This document shows positions 41,734-56,301 of a stretch of DNA of 64,000 bases, piece after piece (position 1 is the stretch's first letter; each line of letters opens with the position of its first letter). The notes below the pieces were generated by a model. The model was not told the DNA's origin and did not search any database. It worked only from the letters and a program-made list of their open reading frames with translations. Origin of the DNA: Rhynchobatus australiae. Lineage: Eukaryota. The stretch spans positions 14,077,795-14,141,794 of the forward strand of contig JAUZTB010000065.1 in NCBI GenBank assembly GCA_034780895.1, given 5' to 3'. The position numbers and the translations under genes are program-made.

Positions 41734-44700
41734 TAAAAAAATACTTCAAAGAAATTTTCTATGTATTCCATCTGCACGCTCAAATTTAAAATCTTACAAA
41801 GCAACATTTTAAAAGGTTAAAACATGCTTCATATAGTGAACTAAAGAAATTCACTGAGCAAAAGGTTAATAACACGTAGAGATTTATTTATCTTAAAATG
41901 TACCATCTGCACACACTCCGCATCATTAAAAAGTTATTACACCCTCCGGTGAGACAAGAATTGATAGGGTTTGCGATGGAACTAAGGCCAAGCAAAGCAA
42001 AGCTTACTTCCCAAGCAAATGCCGTTCTGAAATTTTATTTGCAAGTGAGGTTCTCATGGACAATTTCCTCAGTGGACCACCGGTTTTACAGATTCACATG
42101 TATCTGTGGAACAGTGCTTTGCATTGACCGTGGAATTGACTGTCCACAATAGTCAGTGTCCATCAACCAGCTAACACGGACTGCACTAGTCCCTTTAATT
42201 TTGATTTGTACAGGGCAAGTGGAAAGGAAATCCATTAGGAGTGGTGCACTCCTGAGGATGCAAGTCTACTGCTGCATCAAAAGTGGCTTATCTATTCAGT
42301 TTATTTGAAAAAAAAATCACAAATGTTATTTCAGTCCTTTTCCACTTTCCAGTGGATTAGACCAAGAAGCCATTATTTCTTCATGACTGTAGACTGAGTT
42401 GACTAGTGGAGAGCACATTTTCCACAAATACCACTTGACACCAAAGGCCCAGAAAGCTTTTTGATGCCTCCTCCTGTCACTATCTCTCTACACAGACCAC
42501 TATCACAGGTCTACCTGTGATTGAGACTAGCTATACAATCAGAGGATTTTTCATGTAATATTCCTTGATTATGAGATATAGATACATTAATGGAGATGTT
42601 TCCACATAGGGGTAGGCTATTTAAAATTAGGGCTCATAAATAGAGTATTCACTAATAATTCCAAATGAAATTCAGTACAAATGGTGAGAATGTGGAGTGC
42701 ACTGCTACATATCTACTGAAGGAACAGTGCTGATGTCACTCTCACAATCCCTTTGGTGGACTTGCCATCTCATATCTAATGTTATCTGGTGGCGCTGACA
42801 TTTTTGCAGTCTTGATCTATTATTGCAAATATTCAAAATTCAATTTCAAACAAAACCTGGTCAACAGCAACCCTCTCCCTACCCTCCCACTCTATTAACA
42901 CTTCTGTACCTGGTCTGCAGTCGACATTCTCGCAGTGCAGAAGGATGGATATAAAGCAAAATATTTTACTTGGGGAGTGGGAGCTTAAGATAGGTAACAG
43001 ATTGAAGTCAATCAATTCGCTACAATCCATTTACATCACCCTCCCTCTGAAGCGGATGTCTAAAATGAGAGATGTACTTAATCTGACAGTCCAGAACGGG
43101 CAGACACTCAAAGCATGTCAATGGATCAACTCTAAGAATGAATGGGTACACTGACCCCCAAGAATGGATGGACACACTTGCAGCTTGATTGTGCAATGAT
43201 CTCAAGAAAGGACATGCACACTTGCAGTGTGGCACCATATCACAGTATTCTGAAGATTTATAAGCCAATGATATCAATAATGCATGCAGATTGGCTGAAA
43301 AGTTTACAGTAATGTAAATATACTTAACAGAAATACAAAAATACAATACCCTTTTGGGCATTAACTCTGCTACACTGATAGAAATGTTCAAAAATAAAGT
43401 AAATGTCTTCATAAATTACTGCTAGATACACTGAGGCATTTCAATAATGCTGACTATTGGTAAAGTAAGATAAACCTGAAGGAATTCTCCTGCTAGGTAC
43501 AATATTACAATATCTTAAAGGAGCCATATTTCTTTTGAAAACTGCTTACGATTATAAATGGATAAAAAATTACAAATACACTAAAGTGAATAAAAAATAC
43601 AAGTGCCTGGGAAGCAAGTTTTACTCTGAACAACCAAATTTTAAGCTCTAAAAATCTCAGGACAAGACAACAAATACAGCTCCTCTCGTTAAAAGCGGAG
43701 AATGAGTTTGTGGAATTCCTACCCCATCCCCTCCCTCCCCTTTCAACCCAAGTGTCTGGAGGATAAAATTATTTTTCAGTATAAAGGTTGTCCATCGTGT
43801 TAGCAAGTGCTTGTTGCTCAAGAACCCTGTTTACACAGATTACATAATTTGATTGCACATTACATTATACAGGTTTTTAAAAAATCATATTTTACCATCT
43901 ATTCAGATTTTGTTAATATCTCAATATTAACCATTACTGTCATCTTACTGGAACAGGAATAGATGTAGAATTGGCTGAAGAAAGCTCGGTGTTTGCTCAT
44001 TAGGAAATTGATGTTGGAATGGAAAAGAAATGAGGGATCCTGGAGAGAGAGCCACGCATCACTTCCAACTTAGATTGACAACTTGGAATTAAGGAACTGG
44101 ACAAATGTGTAGGTGAAACATAATCACACAGGCAGAGGGGCAGCATTGGCATTCTACATGTCCATCATGTAGAAATGGGACAAAAAGTGCAAGGTACCAC
44201 AGTTGGGTAGTCCCTAACCATGCAGGCTGGAAAACATACAATGGTCTGAATGCCCTAATTTTGTACTTATGATCTCAGAGGGGAAATTGTGCAATGGATT
44301 GTCAGGGAGGGCAAGCTGAGGCAGAACATGTGGAGTTATATGAAAGTGCGTTTATATCACAGTCGTGCCACTGAGTTTCCAAAGTGCAGAGGACAAGTAG
44401 CCAGTTTCAAGCCATGCACAAAACCTGGCCCATTCAAAACTAGCATTTTCTAAAGCCTGGGCAGATTGGTTTGAATTTGTTGAAAGAAATACACATCAGG
44501 AGTGTTAAAATGGTCATGCCCAATCTTTCCCATTTCTTTCAAAAGTTGCAGTGATTTTCTTATATACCCCCAAAACAATGCAACTCTTGTCAATGTTAAA
44601 ATAATTTCATACCAGAGTCAGGGGAACAGAGAGGCAAATGAAGATCACTCAATCCCTCATATCTGTTATATCAAGGCTGATCACCAGCTCAACGCCTATT

Positions 44701-47700
44701 ATCATTAATCTATAATCCTTACTTAAAATTCTATCCATCTAGGTCCAAGAATTTAACCTGACCCTCAGCATCCAGAGCTATGTTGTGTTCTGGGTGAGGG
44801 TTTTGGGTCTGCAAAGAGAACTGCAGACTCATTACCCTTTGTGAGAAGAAATGTCTAAGATCACATCCCTTTGCTTTGAATTCCCAAACCAGATGAAAAC
44901 TTCTTTGCAACAAAAAACAATCTGCTGGAGGAACTCAGTGGGTCGAGCTGCAGTGGGGGGGAAAGAATTGTTGATGTTCTGTCAATTTGTCTAAAGTTTC
45001 TCTGACATATTGAATCTATTCATCATTTTAAACAGCTTGATTAGATCATCCCTCAATCATCTCAACTTGTTATATGCAAGTCTGTCATCAATTTAGACCA
45101 AACGTTACATAAACTGTCCATAGCGTGCCACTAAGTTAGGCATTGTCATGTCATTTTAAAATACAGCACTACTTCAGACTTGTCAATCGTACTGAGACTA
45201 TAGTTGGGATTCAAACAAATTCAAAGCAGGCAATACCTTTCTGAAATCAAAGCACCTTCTGAGCCCATTGTACCTGTAATCTGTTCTGCATCAGATTGGC
45301 TTCCTGATCCCAGACTAATTGCTCCTGGAACTTAGAATGTACACAACAGCATGTGGATCAACAGAAAAATCTAAGACAACCTTGTATTAGAATCCTAATT
45401 TCACTCCCTCTTACTGTACGCCAGGAAAGGCACAAGTCTGGGAATTTATTCCCCTTCAAATCCTCCAATTTATTTTTGAATGCAAGTCTGGGCAGATTGG
45501 TTTGAATGGTTGAACTGGATCACCATCTGGCAGTGCATTCCAGGTCACACTGCATTGTACTGAAAGATTAAATTTATGCAACTCCCTGTTGTTGGCTCTT
45601 TCTATCAGCAACTTTTCCCACAGATTTTCTTGCAACTCCTTTTCAAAAAAAAAATCTATTGATTACCCAAAATGAGACATTGCTGCAGGGCAGAGACTGC
45701 AGTGTATGACTTGCACTTATTAGAGGCAAACAGTCCAGAAAATGAAATACTGCAATTAACATAAGGAGAGTCTTCCTTACACATTCAGGATATGTGCTCA
45801 TATGCCTAACATTACTCTGTTGACCTCTGGGTCAAAATGTACATTGCCTCTGAGGACAGTTTCAACACAGCTCAATAGCTAAGTTAATTTAGCTATCAAA
45901 TTACTGTAAAACAAAATGAAACTAGACAGAACATTCCCAATATCTTACACTTTAAGGGGATTGAATTAGAGGTAGGCTAATTGTGACGTAAAAATAGCTA
46001 TCAGACTGGCAATTTAAAACAGGACTGGGTTGAGATTGAATAAACAACATTTGGCAAATATTAAAATTTCAACATTAAATATCTTTGTAGGAGATGGGAT
46101 ATGGTTCCCTAAGCTTTCCACCAATGAGGAGTTTTCCTCANNNNNNNNNNNNNNNNNNNNNNNNNNNNNNNNNNNNNNNNNNNNNNNNNNNNNNNNNNNN
46201 NNNNNNNNNNNNNNNNNNNNNNNNNNNNNNNNNNNNNNNNNNNNNNNNNNNNNNNNNNNNNNNNNNNNNNNNNNNNNNNNNNNNNNNNNNNNNNNNNNNN
46301 NNNNNNNNNNNNNNNNNNNNNNNNNNNNNNGAGCCTTTCTGCTGTTCAAACTGATTACAACTGATTTAGATCTTTGTTTATCTGCCTTGGTTCCATAAAC
46401 CTTTGCTAAACAGGGAAATCTACCAACCAAAAATGTTCAAAAACTATCTCCAAGACTTTATAGCTTTCTCATGGCTTTGGATTTGCTCTACACTTTGAAG
46501 CACATTCTGCTACTACCCCTGAATGGCCTCGTGTCCAGAGTACATCAGTTCTGCAACAATGGGAAACAGGAATGTGAAAACAAAGGAATGGAAGTTTAAA
46601 CAAGTTCTGATCATAGCATTGGTAAAAGCTAAATTATAAAGAGACAAAATTAATCGAGATTGTCTATGTATGATTGCTTTGCAACTCTCTTGTCCAGGAA
46701 TAACAGCCCTCCACAAAATATGGTTGTATACTTGGATGAATATGGGTTGCATTAACATGAGGGTTAGCATTATGTCCAAGTCCTTCAGCGTCAGAAATCT
46801 TAATTAATATTTTTAATACTTCCCATGAAGTCCAGGTTGCTAGCTGTTACAAATGAGAAAGGACCTCTACCCCAATCGGAGTTATCCAACCCAAAAGACT
46901 TAAGGCCTCCTTGTCGCAGGTTTAATGCTTTTTTCATTTAATCTTTCAACAAACAACTTTCCAAGTGAATTAATGGAATACTTCCTGAACACTTTTGCGA
47001 AGAGGCAAACTTGCACAAATCTAATCAAAAAGTACCCAAAGTTGTACTGCAATCCTAACCAGGACAGACAAGCAACAGCTCAGTGAAACTGGCAATAAAA
47101 ATCTATCTTTCTTCTTTACCAAGCAATTTTATTAAATAGTCTTATTGATATTTTGCCATGTTTATTTCATAGAGAAGAAATTCAGAGGTGAATGTCTTTA
47201 GCTGGAGTCCAGTGAAAGGCTGCATCGTATACTTCAACTCAACAATCCAGAGATGAAAGGAACTTAACACCAGTAGTTTAACAATAAGAAACTCAGGAAA
47301 AGCTGGGTTCACAGCCCAAGGCAATTACTGACTAAGACTTAAGCTATCAGTGAAACCAGCATCTCAGTAATCATAACAAGCTGCTCATCAACATCACCAA
47401 TGATTCCCAACAGGAATTTGGGAGGAGGTTAAATTGTAAAGACTTTCAGAACCAGCCCTCCAAAAGATTAAATTTTAAATTGTAAGATTGAAAATTGAAT
47501 TGGTATTCAATGCTGGAGAAAATATCAGCATGCACATGCTGTCCTCAAACATTATTTGAAGATCCTCCAGAAAATACGCTAAAACCATGGGGGTGCCTTC
47601 AGACTTGCAGACATCAATTTCAACGGAAAGGTTGAGGCAGAGAGTAGACATGCACTTAACGGGAGCTTGATGCATACATGCAGAAGGAGACTGGTATTTG

Positions 47701-48573
47701 GAGGGAGAATCAGGAGGAGTAATTAAGGATGAGTTAGTCTTGCATGGAATTTAAACACTGGTACAGGCCAGTTGAGGTGACTGCCCATTTTTGTGACTCT
47801 GTTTCTAGCCAATCGGGAATGGATTTTGTTCATTTTCTGGACGTGGGAGGTCCTGGCAAGCCTGGAATTTATTGTCCATACCCAAACATCACATTCTAAT
47901 TGTATAAACTCACTGGCCAGCCTGATCAGTTCGAGGTAAGGGTCAACCATACTGGTGCAAAACTGAAATTATGAAGAGACCCAGACTGGGCAAAGATACT
48001 GCTTTCCTCGCCTCAAGGAAATTAGTGAACACTGAAGGAACTGGACCTTAAGTGAGCATTATTCAGATATTCCAAAGATCTACTATGTCCCTGCACATCC
48101 TTACATTTTGTGTTTCACCCATAGGCAAATTCTCTGGTTACAATCATGTAAGTCAGATGCAAAACAGCAACAAAGTAGCAAGTCTTCATTACGAACAGTC
48201 TATTGTGAAGAAAAAGATTAGAATACTCAAATTGTGTTTGGTTTATAGTGCTGGTTGCACTCCTGCTACATTATGCACCCTGAAATGAAGTGCAGGTTCA
48301 ACAAGGCCATTACCTTTTCAGGACATTAACCAGAATCAGATTAAAGGGGCCAAAATCCTAGCCACGAGTGGTCTGAACATCTGTGTAAACAGGGCTGGCG
48401 TTCACTCGCTGAGTGCATTTTAACGTCACCGCAATTCAAGGAACACACTTTAAGAACGGCACGATTTCTTCACTAAAATTTGAATCCCAGCCAACTTATA
48501 AAACTAAAACTTCACATCCCTGTTTAAAAAGAAAGAAAAAATATTTATTTAAAAAGTCGAGTATATACACACG

Positions 48574-48936
48574 TTATTGTGGAAAACTTTGCTGATCTTG
48601 GGGGTGATAACTGTGATCTTCCTGTATTACAGGCAACTTGGCCTGGACTTCAGGCTCAACTGCCATTTCATCTGAACAGCTTGCANNNNNNTCTGTCTTA
48701 ATTTCTTTAGTGGCGATGTCAGAGTCCGTGTTTGGTTCTGTTTCTGTCTCCTCCTGGTGGTATCTCTTCAGACGTATGTGCCATGCTAAGCTACAAACAG
48801 CAGACACAGTTTTGAACTGGTGTATGACATTTCGAGGAATAAAGTATACGTCGTTGTCCGAGAGCTGAATTCTGGAGTACCGGATACCCTCTCTCCGTAA
48901 TTGGTTGAGTTTTGCTTCATCCACCCATTGCACACA
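48574..48936 (-). CDS. RSBN1: RSBN1 last coding exon, [60 protein letters not shown]
   Basis: cacag acceptor; TAA at 48576-48574; the 6-N gap at 48686-48691 makes the tail frame slightly uncertain. Confidence 0.9.
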   Translation of the reverse strand, partial: CVQWVDEAKLNQLRREGIRYSRIQLSDNDVYFIPRNVIHQFKTVSAVCSLAWHIRLKRYHQEETETEPNTDSDIATKEIKTXXXASCSDEMAVEPEVQAKLPVIQEDHSYHPQDQQSFPQ

Positions 48937-49149
48937 CTGTGAAAAGAAAAAGTAAATCAGTCTAGTACATTGCCTTTGCAGTCAATGACACTGGCCCAGA
49001 AATTGTTAGAGCAAGGGTAGTTCGAAACCTACTCCATTAGTTAAACATTGTCCCTCAACCAACCACATGATAGCTGGGGAGCCTTACATCAGTGGCAAGG
49101 TATTATTTAAGATTCTTTGAGATCAGATTTACTCACATTTAGAAAAGTA

Positions 49150-50617
49150 TGCATTTATGAAGGATAGTTAGCATGGCTTTGTGTGGGAGGAGGTTCTGTT
49201 TCACAAATTCGAGGTTTTTTGAGGAAGTGTCAAAGATGGTTGATGATGGAGCAGTGGATGTTGCATACACGGACTTCAGTAAAGCATTTGACAAGATCCC
49301 TTACAGTAGGAAGATTATCCAGAAGATTAATCCAGAAGATTAAGTCACATGGGATCCAGTGATCTGGTAAATTAGATACAAAACTGGCTTGGTCATAGAC
49401 GACAGAGTTTAAGGGTGGAGCAGTGTTTCTCTGACTGGAGGTCTGTGACCAGTGGTGTTCTACAAGGATCAGTGCTGGTAGCAGTTGCTTGTGATACATA
49501 TGCATAAAAATGCAGGTTGTCTGATTAGTAAATTTGCAGGTGACACAAAAATTGGTGGAGTTGTAAATGGTGAGGATGGTTATCAAAGGAATCAGCAGGA
49601 TACAGATCAGTTGGAAATGTACAGATATAGCACATNNNNNNNNNNNNNNNNNNNNNNNNNNNNNNNNNNNNNNNNNNNNNNNNNNNNNNNNNNNNNNNNN
49701 NNNNNNNNNNNNNNNNNNNNNNNNNNNNNNNNNNNATGGAGTTTAATCTGGACAAGTGTGAGATGATACATTTTGGGAGGTCAAATGCAAGAGGAAAGTA
49801 TGAAGTGTCAGGATCCTTGGGACCACTGATGTACAGAGGGATCTTGGGGTGCAAATCCAGAATTCCCTGAAAGTGGCAACACAAGTGGCTAGAGTGGTAA
49901 GGAAGACATACAACATGCTTGCCTTCATCAGTCAGGGCACAGAGCAGAAAAGTTGCCAAGTCATGTTGCAGCTGTATAAAACTTTGATTACATCACATTT
50001 GAAGTATTGTGTGCAGTTCTGTTCACCACACTACAGGAAAGATGCTAAGGCTGTGGAAGGGTGCCGAAGAAGCTCACCAGGATGGTGCCTGGATGAGAGG
50101 TTGGGCAAACTTGGATTGTTTTGTCTGGAGCGTTGGAGGCTGAGGGTTGACCTGATAGAAGTACATACAATTATGAGAATCATAGATAGGGTAGGTAGTA
50201 TTTTTCCCTGGGGCGGAAATCTCAAATGTTGGAGGATGTAGTTTTAAGGTTGGGGTGGGGGGGGGGGGGGGGCGGAGTTTAAAGATGTGCAAGGCTAGTG
50301 TTTTTATGCATATANNNNNNNNNNNNNNNNNNNNNNNNNNNNNNNNNNNNNNNNNNNNNNNNNNNNNNNNNNNNNNNNNNNNNNNNNNNNNNNNNNNNNN
50401 NNNNNNNNNNNNNNGGTGCCTGGAATGCATTGCCAGAGGATATTGTAGATGTAATAGCAATGTTGAAGAGGCATTTAGACAAACACATGAACAGGCAGGG
50501 AATAGAGGGATAGAGATCACGAGCAGGCAGATGGAATTAGTCATATTGATATCATGATTGACGCAGACATGGTAGGCTGAAGGGCCTGTTCCTGTGTGTA
50601 CTGTTCTATGTTCTATA
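49150..50617 (+). mobile_element. CR1-type LINE ORF2 (RT) 3' part with stops and frameshifts, in the last RSBN1 intron
   Basis: SQHGF, VDVAYTDFSKAFDK, ISKFAGDTKIGGVV, YCVQFCSPHYRKD, LERWRLRVDLIEV; tail gggcctgttcctgtg..gttctatgttcta. Confidence 0.9.
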
Positions 50618-52111
50618 GTTAAATTGGACCTAAAAGAACCACAAAGCCAAAAGTCTAACAGTGAGAGTTAATGCTTCAGGAAATAACAGGAAGGATGGAG
50701 AAGGGAACAGGGTGAATTAGAGTCAAAACAGGTAGAGAAAGAAATACAGATAAAAAAATGACTGGATTGAAAGAAGGGAGGAAAACTGTACATAAAATTT
50801 TAATAAACTACTTGCAGGAGTGGGTCTCCAGAGTTTCGGCTGTTCTTGTTCTGGTTCAGAAAGGTTGTGGGATTGCAAGAACGTGAATCTCTCCCCCACC
50901 CACCTACCTTCCTCCTCTCACCTGGACCCACCCTATCACCTTCCAGCTTGTGCTCCTCTCCCTACCTTTCTATTCTGGCTTCTGCCCTCTTCCTTTCCAG
51001 TCCTGTTGAGTTCCTCCAGCATTTTGTGTGTGTTGCTCTTCATTCAAAAAGTATTTTTTTATCAAATATTTGTCCTATCTTTATTCAGGCAATTTTAAAT
51101 GGTATGTAAAACACAATTATAGCAGCTAGTGGTGGAGGAAAAGATTCTTCAAATATCCAGGGACAAGGTAATTAATAATTTACCTCCTTTCTCTTCTTCA
51201 CCTCTAATGCACATTGATAACAATAATTCTGGCCCTTTATATCAGGATAGGTGTTAAATGTGTTAATGTCAGTAGATGTTGCTATCTCTGAATAGTGGGA
51301 TAAATAAAGATCTATAACATTATGTTGTCACAATAATAACAACCATTAACCAGGACAACTCCAGAAAAAAAGCCCAATAGTTTTAGGTAGACGAGCATCT
51401 GGAAGAGGGAAGTAGGAACCCTGATGGAGGAAATGACATTAAAAAGGTATATGAGCTAAATATTTAATTAGCAAATAATCTCTGAATTCTATTAACAATG
51501 ATACATTTGCAGCGCAGAACAAGTTAATGAAAAAACAACCAAGGACAATCTTGAACCCAACATCCTGCCTTAGATTTGGAGGCAAGTCATGGCAGCTCCA
51601 GTAATTAGTGACCAACAATCAAATGAAAACAAGCTCTGATAGGTGCCAGAATAAATCCATCACTCCTCACACCACTCTCTGCATCAACTGTTGCCAATGA
51701 TACAAATTATTAAGTGTAGTTATTTAACAAATTCCACCTCATACTTCATTTCCAAAATCTCAAAATGAAGCATTTTCTCTAAGGCTGCGCCATTGGTCAA
51801 ATATCTTTGGGACAATACTTCATGGAACACTTTAAACCACATCTCTAGAACTTGTAAGGCTTAGGGAATAAGGTTTGGCTGGTGGGGTAACAAAATAATG
51901 CAAGAATGGTTCTAATTCACAACTACATTACTTAAAACTCATACAAACATCTTAAAGTAAATCCAAATTCACACAAAAATGATGGCTAGCAGACTCCTCC
52001 CCATCCCATTCTACTCCTCAACATGACACAATGAGTCAAAATACCCAATAGACAACTTTGTACATGTGCAACTCTCGACTTAAACTCTGGAGGAAAATTT
52101 GGACACAATAC

Positions 52112-52220
52112 CTGTGACACAGGTGGCTCATGCAGATCCAACTGTAATCGTTGTACAACATCTGTGAAGTCCTCTGCATGAAAACATACCACATCTTTGG
52201 TTATCCGAATCTGGTCACTC
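52112..52220 (-). CDS. RSBN1: RSBN1 exon, [36 protein letters not shown]
   Basis: 109 nt, tgtag acceptor and gtattg donor. Confidence 0.95.
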
Positions 52221-52959
52221 CTACAAAGAAGGGAACACAAGTTTTATTAAAGATTTCAAAAGAATTTCAATCTTTATGATAGTCATATTAGAATGCCTGA
52301 AGCATTTTTAAGTTTAAAACACAAAGAGGAATGAGTTTGCAACATTTTAATCAGACTCCATTAATATTGGAAGTTACTTGAAGGAGAAATGATGTTTGGA
52401 AGAAGGCACAGTGAAGGACAAGTAATGAAAAGTACATCAATTGAGAATTCAAGTGCACAGAGGGAAGTTTAGCACTTGACAAATAAAATTTCAAAAGATG
52501 AACTGACAAAGATCATCTGTTAAATGGAGCACCATGGTGCTTGATGAATACAAAAAGATAAAGGACTCGCAAAACATGCACAAACTCACTTCTGATACTG
52601 AGTCAACTTTAATTTAATGTTATGATTACATGGGATGCAAAACTTTTAACTACAACTAGAGTCGCACTGAGAGCACATTGCTACCTGTTAAACTGCCTTT
52701 GAGTCCAGAAAGATGTTAGCTGTGGCTCAGTAGTAACAGTCTGTCCTCAGTGTGAAGACTGAGTTCAGGTCTCATGCCAGACTGATGGTAACAGTACCAA
52801 ACCATAGGAGTGTCAGAGTATCAGTACTGCCAGCTAGAAAAAGTTCTTTTCCTGGGCAATGCAGAAGTGGGTTTGGAAGGTAAAAGGAGGAGTGGTGATG
52901 AATAGACTCAGAATTGGTAAGGCACAGGTGGCAGCCATTAAGGTGAGTGTCCATTTCAT

Positions 52960-53725
52960 CTCCAGGTATAGCAATCCCATCCTGAACTTTTTCCCCTCTG
53001 ATCTGCAAATGATTCTCTCTGATTCCTATCCAATTCCTTTCTGGAAATCCTAAAGGCAGGCAGTTCCAGATTACTGTCTTTTCCTGCAGAAAAAGGTTCA
53101 ACCTTGTCCCCTTGTACCTTTCGCCCATGAATTTAAATCTGTGGTTCTTGGTCCATGAATCATCCAATTATACTGACAAACAACTTCCCTTTATTTACCC
53201 CATCTAAACCAGTCACAATCTTGCACACTTCTATCAATTCTCCTCTCAACCTGCTTTCCTCCAAAAAGAAAAATACCAGCTTGTTTAAACCTATGGTATA
53301 AGTTTAAGCTTATAACTGAAACCCCTAGTCAAGGTTTATGGCTGAAATCCCCCATAGCTGAAATAATTCTAGCAAATCATTTTTATATCATCTGTAGGAG
53401 CTCCATGGCCTTCCTAAACATGGGTGACTAGAAATACACACAATATTCTAGTTGTGGCATAATCTGTGTTTTGTGCAGGTTCAACATAACTTCCATATTT
53501 CTGAACTATGTGCCTCTATTTATGAAGCCCACTATCTCATCATCTTTACTAACTGCATTTCCAACATGTCCCGCCACTTATAAAGATTTATGTGCAGATG
53601 TGCCCAGAACTCTGTCCCAGCAGTATCTTTAAAACTGTCTTATTTTGTTTCTCTTCATTGTTTTTAATCAAAGGGCATTTCACATTTCTATATATTAGAT
53701 TTCACCTGCCACTTGTCTGCCCATT
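52960..53725 (-). mobile_element. Old CR1-type LINE fragment
   Basis: TKNHRFKFMGERYK and IWNCLP-like remnants; reverse complement of WQVKSN near 53700. Confidence 0.6.
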
Positions 53726-53954
53726 CTAAGTCTTGCTACAGTAAGAGAAAATGCTACAAAAACTCGGGTCAGGTAACATCTGTGGAAAGAGAATCAGTTA
53801 ACATTTCAACATTTCTTTTTCCACAGATGCTGCCTGATATGTTGAGTTTTACCAGCTTTTTCTATTTTTAATTGCAGATCCAAAGCATCTGCACTTGTTG
53901 CTTTTCATTTAGGTCATCTTGTCAGCTTCTACTTTTCAAACTTCCAAGATTATG

Positions 53955-54425
53955 TCATAGAGCCAGTCATGCAGCAAAAACAAGTCCTTCATTCTACCAT
54001 GTCCATACCAACCATCAAGTATCTACCTTTACTAATCCCATTTACCAGCACTTGGTCAATAGCCATCTATGTTTTGGCGATTCAAATGTTTGTCTAGTTA
54101 CAACTTAGATGTTGTGAGAGAACCTGCTTTTACTCATCCACTCAGGCAGTACACCTCTGGGTGGAAAAAGTTCTACTTCAAATCCCCTCTAAACCCCTTA
54201 GCTTTAATCTATGCCCTCTAGTTTCAGATACTTCTCGTATGGAGAAGAATTTCCTACCATCTTTACCATCTAGCATATCTATGCCCTGAATTTTACATAC
54301 TTTCATCTGGTCCCTCCCTTAGCCTTTTCTGCTTCAAGAAAAACAAATCATCCTCTATATAATTGAAATGCTCCATGCCAGGCAACATCCTGGTGAAATC
54401 TCTCTGCACGTTCCCCCTACAGTGT
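53955..54425 (-). mobile_element. CR1-type LINE 3' fragment
   Basis: Reverse complement of ERAERFHQDVAW/LFSXSRK-like ORF2 end, with tail at about 53955-54000. Confidence 0.6.
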
Positions 54426-54713
54426 AGTGGTCATCTGCAGATTGGGAAATTTGACCCTGGATACTGGGGCTGTCAGGGACCAATGGCGGGGTCTTTATTT
54501 GCAGAGATTCAAATGTTAGTATCTTGGCATTCAGGGTATCATTCCACTGAAAAGGATGGCTCCCTTTGGAATGAACTTATCAATAAAGAGAAATCACATG
54601 AAAAGGCACTGCTGGGAACATCATGGGGAAATCTGAAGTAGGCATGTTGATCCACATACTGCATAAATCTGCAATGAAAGGTCACACTCAAATGCAAATT
54701 ATGACCTTCTTAC

Positions 54714-54881
54714 CATTCTCCATACTGGACTGCCTTCAGCACACCTACAGCTGCCGTGCTCTTCCAATCAAAGCCTTGCCCCACATGATCTGCATGGGCT
54801 CGCGTCCTATCTTCAAAGAGGATTTCGCGAGGTTCGCTGGCCCGAGGTAGATACTGGAGATTCTTGATTTCATTCATCGAT
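54714..54881 (-). CDS. RSBN1: RSBN1 exon, SMNEIKNLQYLPRASEPREILFEDRTRAHADHVGQGFDWKSTAAVGVLKAVQYGE
   Basis: 168 nt, cacag acceptor and gtaaga donor. Confidence 0.95.
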
Positions 54882-54971
54882 CTGTGAAAGAATGACAACA
54901 GTCAAACCCAAGCTTGCCATGGGCCTTAGAAAACACTGCCAAAAAGTGTCACATCACAAAGATATTCCTAC

Positions 54972-55114
54972 CGTCGTCTCTTGAAGGGTGACTTTGGCAT
55001 ATCAGCAGTCGGAATCATCTGCTCGCCTGGTCTCACCCACATTATGGGGCCATCGTCACTCTGTGACCGGCAGTGCAGCTGAAGATTGGACAGTGTCCCC
55101 CATGGCAGAGTCAT
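54972..55114 (-). CDS. RSBN1: RSBN1 exon, MTLPWGTLSNLQLHCRSQSDDGPIMWVRPGEQMIPTADMPKSPFKRR
   Basis: 143 nt, cccag acceptor and gtagga donor. Confidence 0.95.
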
Positions 55115-56301
55115 CTGGGTAGAGATACACCCATAAAAAATGACTGAGAACAATTCAGGATCCCACATGTATAAACAGTCAGATCTTAGAATCAGAGCAC
55201 AGAAGCCGCCCATCACGTTTGGGCCAACTTTCTTAAACAAAAGCTATTAGTTTCACTGCCTCCACTTTAAACTTTCCTTTTAGTCCTGCAAAATCTTTCT
55301 GCATTTTGTAAAGGTGCATAAACAGCTACATGAATCTGTTGAGCTGAATGCACTGGTTATGCTGTTCAATGCTTTGTACTTTATAATATTTATCTAGTTC
55401 CATTTTGAATGTTACTACCAAATTTGATCCACCATCCTATTAAGCATTGTATTCCAATACATAACAATTCGTTCAAAAAACTTCCTTTCATCTCCTGGCT
55501 GGCTTTCAGCAAGAGTGTTTTGTTCAGGTTCATATTTCATATCCTCAGGTTAGAAGTGTTGGTGCCAATTCAACATGCATTTGATCACTACTAGAAGATT
55601 GTTGCGAATTGCCTTCTTGAACCACAGCAATCCATGTAGCAAAATGTGCTCCTACAATAGTTGGACAAAAACTTACAATTTTGACTCAAAAGGAGAAATA
55701 GTGATGTTTACTCCCCAAGTTGGGATACAGGCCATCTCAGGGTGATTTATACCTTTTAACTTCTGACAGTGACGGGCAAAAAATTCCTACTAGAGAGAAC
55801 TACATCCCAGTAGAGTTTATACTGGAACAGTATTCCTGTAGTGGATTATATTTTGACATAAGGACAGTGGCAAAGAAACTGGTGAAAGAAATCTGAAAAA
55901 ACTTTCTAAACAGAAATTGCAATGACATTAAAATCTCATTCACTCCTTAACTTCCAAAGCAGTACCAATGTGCATTCACCTCATTTCTACTGTGGAGATA
56001 ATTGGTTGCGCCCCCTTGGGAAGCTAAATATAGTTTAGATACTTACATTTTCCCCCAAGTGTTGAGAAATGTGAATAGACTAGTTATCTTCCCCCCCACC
56101 TCCTCAGCCAAAACACAATGACACTGAATGCCTGTCCATATCACCTTCAGTTCGGTCAGTAGATCATGCCTCTAACTCAGAAGGTTGTGGTTCAAGTTCT
56201 ACTTCAAAAACTCAAATTTAAATTTAGGCTGATGCTCCAGTACTGAGGGATGGGGTCAAATTTCAATTGACCACATTAAAATAAAATAGAGCCTTATATG
56301 C

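Noticed and set aside
49230-50557. RT-like ORFs as a functional reverse transcriptase gene (also 35035-35890 and 37198-37859)
   Set aside because: Fragmented CR1 ORF2 with stops and frameshifts; the catalytic ADD motif is degraded to AGD
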